NCBI GenBank assembly: GCA_934130005.1 | Contig: CAKOXD010000003.1 | Span: 41,980 to 105,979 of the forward strand | Length of the DNA stretch: 64,000 bases | Direction: 5' to 3' | Origin: an uncultured Bacilli bacterium | Lineage (GTDB): Bacteria; Bacillota_I; Bacilli_A; RF39; UBA660 | Shown here: positions 1 to 9,905 of the stretch, piece by piece | Layout of the letters: every line of letters begins with the position of its first letter | How positions within the stretch are numbered: the first letter of the stretch is position 1 | Made by a program: the position numbers and the translations under genes | The notes under the pieces: model-generated | Seen by the model: the letters and a program-made list of their open reading frames with translations, nothing else | What the model was told of the DNA's origin: nothing | Databases searched by the model: none

Positions 1-1164
1 TGTTGAAGTATTGTAAGTGTATATTTCATTTTTTCCATCAAATTCTTTTATTTTTTCTCCATTTACTGTTATTTCTTTTAAATAGTTATTTGGATTTCCT
101 TTATTTGGCAATGTAGTTGTAGTTGTTTGTTCTTTCCAAACTGTTATATAAAATATATAGTTACCATTTTTATAATCATTTTTTGTTTTATATGCATTAT
201 ACATCATAGATGCTTCTGATTTTGGTGCTTGAATATTTTGCATATATTGATGATTTCCCCAACATGTACCTGTAGCATCCCATTTTTGTAAATAAAGGGT
301 ATTTTGTCCATCATCTATATATCCTTTTCCAACAAATTTAGCTCCACCAATTATTGCCTTATATTCACTATCCCATCCTTGACTCTTAGCATAATTAAGT
401 CCTGATTTTATAACTTCATCAGTTGTACTACCATTTGCTTGAATATTAAAGTAATTATAATAATTTTCATAACCTTTATATTTTCCTGATACAAGTGCCC
501 CTTTAGTTGTACCTTGTTCTTGTTTCATTCTTGCTGCTAAAAAGTAAGCATTTACTCCATTTTGATTTGCTGCTTCTATTATAACTTCTGAGTATTTTTT
601 ATTTGATCCAGGACATGTAGTATTATACATAAATGAATTTTTTAAAATATTTTCTATTCCTGTTACTGTATAATTATTATCACTATAATTTAACATACTA
701 AACATAAATATATCTTGTTCATTTATAAAATTTAGAGAATTTAAATAATAAATTACAGTTTGTTTATTAGCTGCATACCAATATCCACCACTAAATCCTG
801 TGAATTTGTTTGTATAATAATTATATGCCCAACTATCTGTTGATTTATAACCATCATCACCTTGTGTTAAACTTCTACCTTTTATATTTCTATAGGTATC
901 ATAATATTCAATGTTAACCATTGTATTCCAATTTAATTTTGTATTATAAGTTTTACTACTACATTTATAATTAGAGTTATAATTATCAGGATATTTTGCT
1001 ACAAAAATAGCATTTGGATATATTTTGTGCAATTCTTTTATTTTTTCTTGATAACTACTTGGAAATTTATTTAGTTCTTCTTCATATGATAATGCTTTTA
1101 CATTTTTAATAAAGCAAAAAGAGAATATAAAAATGAATATAAATAATATTTTTTGTTTTTTCAT
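1..1164 (-). CDS. Secreted glycoside/peptidoglycan hydrolase-like protein (glucosaminidase-like domain), C-terminus off window
   Basis: Minus-strand ORF with start at 1164..1162 (MKKQKILFIFIFIFSFCFIKNVKA signal peptide), continuing past coordinate 1. My translation gives ...NTLYLQKWDATGTCWGNHQYMQNIQAP... and a C-terminal ITVNGEKIKEF cadherin-like beta-sandwich-type segment. The family call is from motif resemblance only. Confidence 0.35.
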   Translation of the reverse strand, partial: MKKQKILFIFIFIFSFCFIKNVKALSYEEELNKFPSSYQEKIKELHKIYPNAIFVAKYPDNYNSNYKCSSKTYNTKLNWNTMVNIEYYDTYRNIKGRSLTQGDDGYKSTDSWAYNYYTNKFTGFSGGYWYAANKQTVIYYLNSLNFINEQDIFMFSMLNYSDNNYTVTGIENILKNSFMYNTTCPGSNKKYSEVIIEAANQNGVNAYFLAARMKQEQGTTKGALVSGKYKGYENYYNYFNIQANGSTTDEVIKSGLNYAKSQGWDSEYKAIIGGAKFVGKGYIDDGQNTLYLQKWDATGTCWGNHQYMQNIQAPKSEASMMYNAYKTKNDYKNGNYIFYITVWKEQTTTTTLPNKGNPNNYLKEITVNGEKIKEFDGKNEIYTYNTST

Positions 1165-1264
1165 TTTACTACCCTCTTTCTTTAACATACTTTATATATA
1201 TTATAACAAACATTGTTATTATTGTATATAAGTTAATTTTTATATTTTTTTTCTTTACATCATT

Positions 1265-1762
1265 TTACGTTTTTTCTGATATTACTATTAGTCTTTTATT
1301 TTGTTTATTAGTACATGTCATAAGTATTAATGTTTTATTTTTATATTTTTTATTTAATATTTCATAATCATCAACATTAATTTCTTTTATTGTTTTTACT
1401 TTATATATTTCTTTTTTATCTAAATAAATTTCTATTAAATCATTTTCTTTTAAGTAATGTATTTTATGAAATACGTTATTTGTATTATGACCTGCAAGTA
1501 CAATCAAATTTTTTTTATTTATATCCATCATTCCTACATAGTTTTTATCCAGTATTTCATTTGTTGTTCCCTTTTTTATTATTTTATTTATGTTATATTT
1601 ATCTATTTTTATATACCCTTTATATTCTATATAATTATAATTATCATGTATATTATTGATTATTTTATTTTGATAATTATTTATTTTATATTCAAAATTA
1701 TATTTTATTATAACTATTAGTATTGATAAAAATATTAATACAAATCCAATTTTATTTTTCAT
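1265..1762 (-). CDS. Sortase (class B-like), N-terminal TM anchor
   Basis: ORF track 165 aa. It has an N-terminal hydrophobic anchor, a LAGHNT His motif, and TLILMTCTNKQNKRLIV (TLxTC catalytic Cys followed by Arg). It overlaps the 3' end of the upstream adhesin gene. Confidence 0.65.
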   Translation of the reverse strand: MKNKIGFVLIFLSILIVIIKYNFEYKINNYQNKIINNIHDNYNYIEYKGYIKIDKYNINKIIKKGTTNEILDKNYVGMMDINKKNLIVLAGHNTNNVFHKIHYLKENDLIEIYLDKKEIYKVKTIKEINVDDYEILNKKYKNKTLILMTCTNKQNKRLIVISEKT

Positions 1763-3794
1763 GTTTTAAACCTGACAATATGAGTGCTAATCCAATAAAT
1801 ATCAAATATGTTACAATAGTATTTATAATAATATCTTTATTACTTGTTTTAGGATAAACTATTTTTTTATTTATTAATTCTATTTCTTTTATTATTAGTT
1901 GTTCATCTTGTTTATTATTTAAATCTATATCATATATATTTTCATCTATATAAAATCCAGTTAATGTTTCTATTTCTTTTATATAATATTTTCCTATTGG
2001 AAGATCTTTTGATATAGCTATAGAATTATTTGTTGTTAAAATTTCAATTAATTCATCTTTTTTATATATTATTTTATTATTATCTAATATATCTTCTTTA
2101 GCATATAAATTAAATTTAACATTTGATAATTTTATAAGTTTATTATTTAAAAGTTTTCCATATTTTAGTATTTTTATCTTTCCAATTTGTTTTTTATTAT
2201 ATATGTTTAATACCATTTCTTCATCACTATTTATAGAAAATTCTATGTTTTTATCTTTTATATATCCTACGGGTGGTATAATTTCTTCTAACAAATATTT
2301 TCCACCTTTTATATCTAATTCAATTATTCCATTTTTTGTTTTAAATATTTCTCCATTATTTATATAATTATTACTATTTAAATCTTTTATTTTAAATGAT
2401 GCTTCTTTTAATATATTTTCTTTTGTATCAATATCTTTTTTTAAAATTTTTAATTTTGTTTTTATAATTTCATCATATAAATTAACAATTTTATCTTTAT
2501 TACTCTTTATTTCTACATAAAAATCATTTACTTTTTTATATCCAAACGTTGTATTTTTTTGAACTATTTTATATTTTCCATATATAAGATTTGTATATGC
2601 TTCTCCATTTATATTGGTAGTTATTTTATCTACTAATTTGTTATCCATGTCATATATTTCAAATATTATATTTTTTTCTTTTGATTTTAATGAATCATTT
2701 TTTAAATATTTTTTTATTATTAATTTACTTTTAATTATATCTTCTTTTAATTCTATTTTAGTGTTTTCTTTATCGATTTTTATATTATATATATTATTAT
2801 CTATTTCATAACCAAGTGGTGCTTGTACTTCTTTTAATATATAATCTCCATATTTTAAATCTTTTACATTAGCTATTCCATCTTTACCTATAGTTATTGT
2901 TTCTATTAAATTATTATTTTTATCATATAAATTATATTTAGCATTTTCTACACTAGCACTTCCTCTTTTTAAACTATTTAAGGTTTCACTATCTATTTTT
3001 TTTATTTCTAATTTTCCTGAATATACTTCTACTTCTATTTCTTTTTCTATTTTATCAATATATCCCCTTATCATTATAGATTGTCCTTTATTTGCTGTAT
3101 ATGGTATTGTTATATGTGAATGATTTCCATCTTTTTTTATTAATTTAATTTTATATTTTCCATCTTTTTTTGGATTTATTATTAATTTATTATTTTCTAT
3201 TTTTAAATTTAATGAACTATCTGCTTCTATATTAAATTCATTTAATGATTCAATATTCATTTCTTTTGTATCATTAATAGACATTTTTATATTTTCTATA
3301 CTTGGAAGTTTATTATAATTTTCTATTAATGTTTCTATTTCCTTTTCTTCTTTTTGAAATCTTTCAATTCTTTCTCCTTTAAATTTATTTGTATAGTATA
3401 TATCAGCATCTTTATCCATTTCTTTCCACAGCATTATTTGAGTTATAGCATACCATTTTAAATCCGTATGATCTTTATAATTATATCCAAAATAAGCTAT
3501 TTCTTTTATTCTTTTATATTTCTCTGTTGAGATATTAAGATACTTTTCTATCGAATAAAATCTAGCCGTATATAATTCATCTTCATATAAGGTATCAGAT
3601 GGTGTTAAACAATATACCGGTAAATTATCTCCCTCTCTTTTTATAACTCTCATTAGTTGTGATTTAGTAAAATCACCTTTTTTATATGTAGCATATACAC
3701 CTGTTACATAATTGTCTTCATAAAAATATTCTGCCTTTACATCTGTTGTTAAACATATAATTATAAATGTAATTATAATTAAAAATTTCTTCAT
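1752..3794 (-). CDS. Cell-wall anchored thioester-domain (TED) adhesin with repeated CnaB/SpaA-like domains
   Basis: 680 aa with a signal peptide. The N-terminal domain carries VYCLTP (Cys) and AITQIMLW, matching the TQxA(I/V)W thioester signature. At least three ~90-aa repeats follow, with a prealbumin-like pattern (…GKYKI.., ..GYI/YEID..). The C-terminal YPKTS sequence is followed by a hydrophobic helix and a basic tail (sorting signal). Confidence 0.7.
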   Translation of the reverse strand: MKKFLIIITFIIICLTTDVKAEYFYEDNYVTGVYATYKKGDFTKSQLMRVIKREGDNLPVYCLTPSDTLYEDELYTARFYSIEKYLNISTEKYKRIKEIAYFGYNYKDHTDLKWYAITQIMLWKEMDKDADIYYTNKFKGERIERFQKEEKEIETLIENYNKLPSIENIKMSINDTKEMNIESLNEFNIEADSSLNLKIENNKLIINPKKDGKYKIKLIKKDGNHSHITIPYTANKGQSIMIRGYIDKIEKEIEVEVYSGKLEIKKIDSETLNSLKRGSASVENAKYNLYDKNNNLIETITIGKDGIANVKDLKYGDYILKEVQAPLGYEIDNNIYNIKIDKENTKIELKEDIIKSKLIIKKYLKNDSLKSKEKNIIFEIYDMDNKLVDKITTNINGEAYTNLIYGKYKIVQKNTTFGYKKVNDFYVEIKSNKDKIVNLYDEIIKTKLKILKKDIDTKENILKEASFKIKDLNSNNYINNGEIFKTKNGIIELDIKGGKYLLEEIIPPVGYIKDKNIEFSINSDEEMVLNIYNKKQIGKIKILKYGKLLNNKLIKLSNVKFNLYAKEDILDNNKIIYKKDELIEILTTNNSIAISKDLPIGKYYIKEIETLTGFYIDENIYDIDLNNKQDEQLIIKEIELINKKIVYPKTSNKDIIINTIVTYLIFIGLALILSGLKHEK

Positions 3795-3867
3795 ATTATT
3801 CCTCCTTGGTTATAAATAATATTAAAATTTTTAGAAAGTTGCAACTGAATATTTTTGAATTTTTTGT

Positions 3868-3900
3868 ATAAAAAAAAAGCAGTTTTTCTATTTCTGCTTA
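3868..3900 (-). terminator. Rho-independent terminator after the pilin-like gene
   Basis: aaagcagtttttctatttctgctt forms the AAGCAG/CTGCTT stem, followed by a T-run on the minus strand. Confidence 0.5.
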
Positions 3901-3934
3901 CATATTTAATTTATTTGAAAATCTTTTATTATAT

Positions 3935-4357
3935 TTAATTAAATTCATCATTAAAATTTTTTGTTGTATACATTCCTGGGCAATTAATATATGGTGTGTA
4001 TGTTTTTTCTTCACTATTATATATAACATAACCATTACATGTAATATTTTTATCAAATGGATCTTTTATTTCATTAATTAATCCTTTATTTTTTAGTTTT
4101 TTTAAAGATATAATAGTATTTTCTTTTTTATTAAATTCATATTTTTTACTAGCATTTTTTAATTTATCTTCAAGTTTTATATATTCATTTGGTATTTCAA
4201 TATTTGAAGGTTTTATTATCGGATCAGCTATATTTGAGATATTTTCTTGTTTTATTGTTTTTGGTTTATTCCAGTAAGCCATAAATCCTATTAAAACAAA
4301 TATACTACATCCTATAAAGACTAAAAGTTCTGGAAGTCCAAATCCTTTATTATTCAT
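3935..4357 (-). CDS. Small secreted/membrane protein with degenerate prepilin-type N-terminus
   Basis: 140 aa. MNNKGFGLPELLVFIGCSIF has Gly-Phe followed by Glu at +5 and a hydrophobic helix, resembling a class III signal. Its start overlaps the stop of the upstream NrtR-like gene (TAATG). Confidence 0.3.
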   Translation of the reverse strand: MNNKGFGLPELLVFIGCSIFVLIGFMAYWNKPKTIKQENISNIADPIIKPSNIEIPNEYIKLEDKLKNASKKYEFNKKENTIISLKKLKNKGLINEIKDPFDKNITCNGYVIYNSEEKTYTPYINCPGMYTTKNFNDEFN

Positions 4358-5004
4358 TAAAACAGATCCTTATCAGCTATATCTTTAAATCTATATAATT
4401 TAGCTGGTCTACCTGTCATACTAATATTTTTATCCATTGTATCTTCTATAATGTCTAATTTTAGTATTTTTTTTCTAAAATTTCTTCTATCTAATTTTTT
4501 ATTTAACACTTGTTCATATAATTTTTGTAATTCTGGTAATGTAAAATCGCTTGGAAAAAATATTTTTAACCATTTTGTATTTAATAATTCTTGTTTTAAT
4601 TTATTAACTGATTCTTCTATTATTATTCCATTATCATATATTGTTTTTGGAATACTATTTATATTAAACCATTCTGCTTCTTCTGTTATATTAAATCCAA
4701 TGTTAGCTTTTACTGTATCAACTATTCCAATTACAGATATTCCAACAATTCTAGTATCTGGTATACGATCTATATTAGAAAAAACATTGCATGTTTCTTT
4801 ATATATATCTGTTACTCCAACTCTTTCTTTTAATGTTGCATCAGCACATTCTTCTAATGTTTCTTTGTTTAACATTAAATTACTTGGTAACATCCAATAT
4901 CCTTTAAATGGTTCATCTTGTTTTTTAAATAATAATATTTTTATTTCTCCTTTATCAAAAGTAAATAAATTAATTAATACTTCTATTTTATTATTAAAAT
5001 TCAT
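4357..5004 (-). CDS. Nudix hydrolase-domain / NrtR-like transcriptional regulator
   Basis: 215 aa with an N-terminal Nudix-like fold. The C-terminal part (…TMDKNISMTGRPAKLYRF) resembles the winged-helix domain of NrtR-family regulators. Confidence 0.55.
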   Translation of the reverse strand: MNFNNKIEVLINLFTFDKGEIKILLFKKQDEPFKGYWMLPSNLMLNKETLEECADATLKERVGVTDIYKETCNVFSNIDRIPDTRIVGISVIGIVDTVKANIGFNITEEAEWFNINSIPKTIYDNGIIIEESVNKLKQELLNTKWLKIFFPSDFTLPELQKLYEQVLNKKLDRRNFRKKILKLDIIEDTMDKNISMTGRPAKLYRFKDIADKDLF

Positions 5005-5074
5005 TAATTACACTCCTTTGTGTCCTATTGGACATAGAAAATTATAATACAAAAATAAATTTCTGTCAAATTAA

Positions 5075-5100
5075 AAAACATGTAAGAAATTACATGTTTT
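5075..5100 (-). terminator. Terminator hairpin after the Hpt-REC gene
   Basis: aaaacatgtaagaaattacatgtttt is a perfect inverted repeat, followed on the minus strand by a T-run. Confidence 0.55.
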
Positions 5101-5875
5101 AACTAAACATTACTGTTTTTTCTACTACTCTTTTTACATCTCTTTCATTAAATGGTTTTTGTAACATATCAATAATTGGGTAATTGAATGCTCTATTTAT
5201 TGATTCTTTATCATCTGCTCCTGTTATTATTGAAACTGGATATTTATTAAATAATCCATTTGCTTTAAAGTAATCAAGTACTGCAAATCCATCTACGTTT
5301 GGCATATTTAAATCTAATAATATACCTTTTATCTTATTATCAGTTTCACTTGTTACAATATCAATAGCCTCTTTTCCATCATGTGCCATTATAACAGAGA
5401 AAGTATCATCAAATATTTTTGAAATAAAATTTCTTATCATATCGGAATCATCAACCACTAAAATTGCTTTATCTTTAACGATGTTTTCTTTATGTTCTAC
5501 TACTGATACATTAGATTCTTTACCAAGATAGCTACTTACTAATTTTATTATTCTTTCTGATTCCATCATTAATTCATCATAATGGTCATATATATAATCT
5601 ACATTATTAGCTTTACTTTCCATTTCATGATTTAAAGATAGTTCTGCTAATTTAGTAAATCCTAAATATCTTGCATCACTTTTAAGCGAATGAACTAATA
5701 TAGCATAATTAGCCATATCAGAAGCTTCTTTATATCTTTTTATATCACTAAGTTTTTGATTAACTCCTGATAAAAATTCTTCTAATGTTTCATCATATGT
5801 TTCCATATCACCAAATAATTCTAAACTCTTATTTACATCTACACCATTATTTATTAATAAATTTACATCTTTCAT
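5099..5875 (-). CDS. Hpt domain + receiver domain phosphorelay protein
   Basis: 258 aa. The HSLKSDARYLG Hpt histidine motif is followed by a REC domain (VVDDSDMIRNF…DLNMPNVDG…K). Confidence 0.65.
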   Translation of the reverse strand: MKDVNLLINNGVDVNKSLELFGDMETYDETLEEFLSGVNQKLSDIKRYKEASDMANYAILVHSLKSDARYLGFTKLAELSLNHEMESKANNVDYIYDHYDELMMESERIIKLVSSYLGKESNVSVVEHKENIVKDKAILVVDDSDMIRNFISKIFDDTFSVIMAHDGKEAIDIVTSETDNKIKGILLDLNMPNVDGFAVLDYFKANGLFNKYPVSIITGADDKESINRAFNYPIIDMLQKPFNERDVKRVVEKTVMFS

Positions 5876-5908
5876 ATTATCACCTACATTAATTATAACA
5901 CATTATTA

Positions 5909-7720
5909 TTATTTTACCAAGAATTTTCTAATAACTCTATCAAGTTCATTACGATCGATTGGTTTTGATAAATAGTCACTAAAATGATCTTCATTTATGT
6001 ATTTTTCCTTCATACCACTTATAGCATTTGCTGTTAATATAATTGTTGGTATATCAAAATTATCAAGTACTTTTAAATTGTTATAAGTTTCTACACCACT
6101 CATATTTGGCATCATATCATCCATTAATATAAGATCGTATTTTTCACCCATATTTATTTTTTCAATACATGCTTGACCACTTGTTACTGATTCAATATTT
6201 AAATTGTAATCTTTTAATAATCTTGTAGCAACTTTTATATTTAAATTATTATCATCTACTATTAGAACTTTTTTATCACTTACATCTATTTCTTTTTTTT
6301 CTAGTTTTTCTTCTTCTATTTTAATTGGTTCTCTTGATACAATACTTTGATCAATTGCAACTGTAAATCTTGAACCTTCTCCATATATACTTTGAACTAC
6401 TATTTTTCCATTCATTAAATCTATTAATTTTTTTGTAATAGCAAGACCAAGTCCTGTTCCTTCTATCGTAATATTTTTTTCTAAATCAAATCTTTCAAAT
6501 TTTGTAAATAATTTATCTATATTTTCTTTTTTTATTCCTATTCCAGAATCTTCTACAGATATTATAAGTCTACATATATTATTTTTTACAACACTTGATA
6601 CTTTAAATTCTATATATCCCTCTTTAGTATATTTAACAGCATTAGTAAGTAAGTTTAAAATAATTTGTTTTATTCTAGTTTGATCACCATATAGTATTGA
6701 TGGAATTGTCTTATCAAAATTTGTTCTAAATTCTATATTTTTATCTCCTAAACGAGCTTTTGTTAATGCGACTAAATCAGATAATACTAAATTTATATCA
6801 TATTCAGTATTAACTATTTCTATTTTTCCTGCTTCTATTTTACTTATGTCTAGTATTCCATTTACAAGTTCCAATAGATTTTGAGAAGCATTTACTATGT
6901 CTTTTACTTCTTCTTTAGCACTTTGTGGGATATCTTCTTCTTCAAGTGCGGATGAAAATCCTACTATAGCATTTAATGGTGTTCTAATTTCGTGACTCAT
7001 ATTTGATAAGAATTCTGATTTAGCATTATTTGCTCTTTCTGCTTGTTCACGTGCAATATTAAGTTGTTCTATCATTTTTATATCTGGATTTTCTATTGTA
7101 AAATACATTATTAAATTTATGAATGCTAACATAAATGCTTGAAATACAATTTTTGGGAAATTTATTCTAATTAATACTGCTAAGCTTGCTAAAATAATAA
7201 GAGCAATTATAGGTATTAACTTTTTACTTTTAATATTTTTAAAATCTTTTAATATATAGATAATTACTGATATAAATATTGTAACAACTATTATACTTAA
7301 ACAGAATATCAAATAAACAGTTGCTGGTCCATTTGAGTCATTTACATTGTTTTCATTAATGATATTAACTTTTAATAGCATGATAATTATCGAAACAATA
7401 ACTGCCGTTATATTTAATATCTTTGTTATTATTGTTTTTTTATTTATATTTAAATTTAGAATATATTTTAAGAAGGAATATGCCCATAAAAATATTAAAA
7501 CATAATCTAATTTAACAATAAAATATGATATTTCAACAGTGCCTAATGTTTTTAAAATCATTAGTCCTATTATCTCTAAAGCCGATTGAATTAAACTTAT
7601 ACTTATTAAATAACCATATATTCTTGTTTCAGCATTATCTACTCTTTTTTTACCAAAAAAAATAATATAAAGTAAAAATGATATCAAAAAACCACATATA
7701 GGATATTCTAAATTACTCAT
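5909..7720 (-). CDS. Hybrid sensor histidine kinase (multi-TM sensor, HisKA, HATPase_c, C-terminal REC)
   Basis: 603 aa. It has about 6 N-terminal TM helices, the [11 protein letters not shown]-box, a G-rich ATP lid (GTGLGLAI) and a C-terminal receiver domain ([10 protein letters not shown]…[11 protein letters not shown]). Confidence 0.8.
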   Translation of the reverse strand: MSNLEYPICGFLISFLLYIIFFGKKRVDNAETRIYGYLISISLIQSALEIIGLMILKTLGTVEISYFIVKLDYVLIFLWAYSFLKYILNLNINKKTIITKILNITAVIVSIIIMLLKVNIINENNVNDSNGPATVYLIFCLSIIVVTIFISVIIYILKDFKNIKSKKLIPIIALIILASLAVLIRINFPKIVFQAFMLAFINLIMYFTIENPDIKMIEQLNIAREQAERANNAKSEFLSNMSHEIRTPLNAIVGFSSALEEEDIPQSAKEEVKDIVNASQNLLELVNGILDISKIEAGKIEIVNTEYDINLVLSDLVALTKARLGDKNIEFRTNFDKTIPSILYGDQTRIKQIILNLLTNAVKYTKEGYIEFKVSSVVKNNICRLIISVEDSGIGIKKENIDKLFTKFERFDLEKNITIEGTGLGLAITKKLIDLMNGKIVVQSIYGEGSRFTVAIDQSIVSREPIKIEEEKLEKKEIDVSDKKVLIVDDNNLNIKVATRLLKDYNLNIESVTSGQACIEKINMGEKYDLILMDDMMPNMSGVETYNNLKVLDNFDIPTIILTANAISGMKEKYINEDHFSDYLSKPIDRNELDRVIRKFLVK

Positions 7721-7763
7721 ACTATCACCTACTATAATTAGTTTAACATAAAAAAAAAGAAAT

Positions 7764-9092
7764 TTAAAGTTTTTTTACTTTTTCTTTTTTATCAATAAGT
7801 AAAAATTCTTCATATATTTCTTTTAATTTAGCTATTATATCATTTGGATATATAGGATTTCTTATTTCATTTAAAATTTCAATCATTGTTTTATATATTT
7901 TTTTTAAAGTTTCTTCATTTTTTAATTCTTTATATTCACTTTTTAATATTTCAAGATCATTTAAATATTTTTTTATTATATATTCATATACATATATAGG
8001 TTTTTCTAAATCATGATATTTTTTTTCATTTATTGCTTCTTCATCAAATGTCCATCCAGTTAAAATATCTTTTTTAAATTCTTCATTATATTTATTATAA
8101 TCTCCTATTTCTTTTCTTTTACATTTTATTCTATCTTTTATTCTATCATCAAAATATATTTGATATTTTGTATCAGCCATTAACTGTCTTAAATCTTCTA
8201 TAGCATGTGTATATTTAAAGTCATCATTTATATATTTTTTAGGATCAAATATTGTTTTAGATACATTTACTCCATATAATTTACTATTAAATCTCTCTAT
8301 CCCAACTGGTATTATAACAGCATTAGTATATATAGCTACTTTTATCATACCTGGAAATAATTTCGTTACTATTTCATTTGGTGATATATTCCATGCTGCT
8401 TCCATACTACATAGTATATTATCATTATTTTTTAATACTTCTTCAGCTTTCATTGCAATACTATATCTATCTTCTTTTGATTTCATATCAAAATATTTAA
8501 CACCATTTAAAGAAGTTATTAATCCTTCTAAATTATTATGTAAGCTTTCATAATCTCCTGATAGTATTGTATAGTGTTTTTTTATTGCCGTTGTAAATGC
8601 TGATATATCATCTCTTCCAACATGTGTTAATACGAATATAATTGGTCTATTTGTAGTAGGTAATTCTTCATTTAGGGTTACTATTTCTATATTGGAAGCT
8701 TTTAAATTTAGTTGCATAATTTTTCTTAATGTTGGTACTAGTTTTTTTCTTTTTTCTAATGATAGATTATTTATATTATTTAATTCATCATTTAATCTTA
8801 ATTTTTTTAAATACATTTGGTATTCTAATTCATTTAATTTTTGTTCTTCTTTTTCACTTAATCTTTTTACCTCTTTATCTTTATTATTTAAGTAATAATT
8901 TAATAGTTTAGAAAAATCATTACAATCTATTTTTTCTTGTTTTAATCCTTTAGTCCATTTTATTTCTTGTTGTTGTAAATAATAAAATTGTCTTAATTTT
9001 TCTAAATTTTCTTTTGTATATTTATGGTTATTTATTTTTATATCTTTAGATATTAAGGTATCCATATATGAGTTTTTTACTAATCTTGACAT
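7764..9092 (-). CDS. Coiled-coil N-terminal domain + PlsC-like acyltransferase-domain protein (function unknown)
   Basis: The track ORF runs 7764..9128. The probable start is Met13 (ATG 9092..9090), which sits 5 nt from the AGGGGGAT RBS. An N-terminal ~140-aa K/E/L-rich region is followed by HX4D-like THVGRDD and VIIPVGI motifs, consistent with an lysophospholipid-acyltransferase fold. Confidence 0.4.
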   Translation of the reverse strand: MSRLVKNSYMDTLISKDIKINNHKYTKENLEKLRQFYYLQQQEIKWTKGLKQEKIDCNDFSKLLNYYLNNKDKEVKRLSEKEEQKLNELEYQMYLKKLRLNDELNNINNLSLEKRKKLVPTLRKIMQLNLKASNIEIVTLNEELPTTNRPIIFVLTHVGRDDISAFTTAIKKHYTILSGDYESLHNNLEGLITSLNGVKYFDMKSKEDRYSIAMKAEEVLKNNDNILCSMEAAWNISPNEIVTKLFPGMIKVAIYTNAVIIPVGIERFNSKLYGVNVSKTIFDPKKYINDDFKYTHAIEDLRQLMADTKYQIYFDDRIKDRIKCKRKEIGDYNKYNEEFKKDILTGWTFDEEAINEKKYHDLEKPIYVYEYIIKKYLNDLEILKSEYKELKNEETLKKIYKTMIEILNEIRNPIYPNDIIAKLKEIYEEFLLIDKKEKVKKL

Positions 9093-9190
9093 AATATCCC
9101 CCTTTTTTATAGTTATGTATACTATCATAAATTATATATAAAGTCAAATTTTTGTTCGTAAAAAAAAGGAATTTATTTTTTATTCCTTTT
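9093..9190 (-). promoter_or_regulatory. Promoter cassette A: terminator hairpin, LexA-box-like operator overlapping -35, extended -10 and GGGGG RBS
   Basis: Minus strand reads GGAAT…ATTCC hairpin + T-run, ACGAACAAAAATTTGAC (operator plus TTGACT -35, + coordinates 9143..9159), a 17-nt spacer, TAGTAT (9124..9119) and AAGGGGGAT. It is near-identical to cassette B at 11060..11148. Confidence 0.5.
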
Positions 9191-9823
9191 AGCAAGTAAA
9201 TTATCTAATACTTGGACAATTGTCCCATATCCTAGGAAAAACATATAAACTATAAAGCAATTAATCATGACACCTATTACTCCATATTTATTTATATCCA
9301 TATAGAAATATGGATATATTTCGCCATTTAAAAATCTTCCGCCAAGTATTAAGTATATTAACACAAATAATTGATATAAAATCAATACTAAACTCCATAT
9401 AATAGGATATTCTCTTTTTAATTTTCCTTTTTCTCCAAATACTAAATAATCAAATATTACCATTAAAGGTACTACTAAATGAACTAAATTGCATTCAAGT
9501 TCATGACCTTTAAAAGCTCCCATTCCATCTGTTGATGATAATAATATATTATATATAAACATTGTTATAGTTATTGCCATTGTAACCATACCTTTAAATA
9601 TATAATAAGTATCATTTTTATTTATTTTATGTGTTATTGTTTGTATTACTAATACTAAAAAATATATCAAACATATTAAATTACTTAAATTAGTAAAATA
9701 TACTATTCCTTCTTTAAGTCCTAAAAACTTAAAGTTCAAATAAAGAGCTATTGTTGTCACTATAATAATTAAAATTCTATATATTAGTTTTATTTTTTCT
9801 TTCATATTACACCTATTTTCCAT
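9173..9823 (-). CDS. Integral membrane protein (about 6 TM), unknown function
   Basis: 216 aa and highly hydrophobic. It lies between the two duplicated promoter cassettes. Confidence 0.4.
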   Translation of the reverse strand: MENRCNMKEKIKLIYRILIIIVTTIALYLNFKFLGLKEGIVYFTNLSNLICLIYFLVLVIQTITHKINKNDTYYIFKGMVTMAITITMFIYNILLSSTDGMGAFKGHELECNLVHLVVPLMVIFDYLVFGEKGKLKREYPIIWSLVLILYQLFVLIYLILGGRFLNGEIYPYFYMDINKYGVIGVMINCFIVYMFFLGYGTIVQVLDNLLAKRNKK

Positions 9824-9875
9824 AACTAGTATATACTAATTATATATATAAGTAAATTAAATTAGTAAAACAAAT

Positions 9876-9905
9876 GTCAAAAAAAGACTAATTTTTTAGT
9901 CTTTT
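9876..9905. terminator. Bidirectional terminator hairpin
   Basis: aaaaaaagactaattttttagtcttttt forms the AGACTAA/TTAGTCT stem flanked by A- and T-runs. Confidence 0.5.

Noticed and set aside
1390-1720. Plus-strand ORFs 1390..1659 and 1457..1720, and the many similar short plus-strand ORFs (for example 2614..2811, 8692..8911, 13729..14031, 14321..14637, 42044..42541, 45363..45731, 47897..48313, 62695..63090)
   Set aside because: They lie antisense inside long, well-supported minus-strand genes. They encode F/L/Y/I-rich low-complexity peptides, as expected from translating the complement of AT-rich coding DNA, and have no RBS or domain support.
7764-9128. Track start codons for 7764..9128, 26314..27489 and 62342..63664
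   Set aside because: RBS positions and gene overlap patterns support internal Met starts (9092, 27411 and 63610 respectively). The 5' extensions encode implausible residues or run through terminator and promoter elements.
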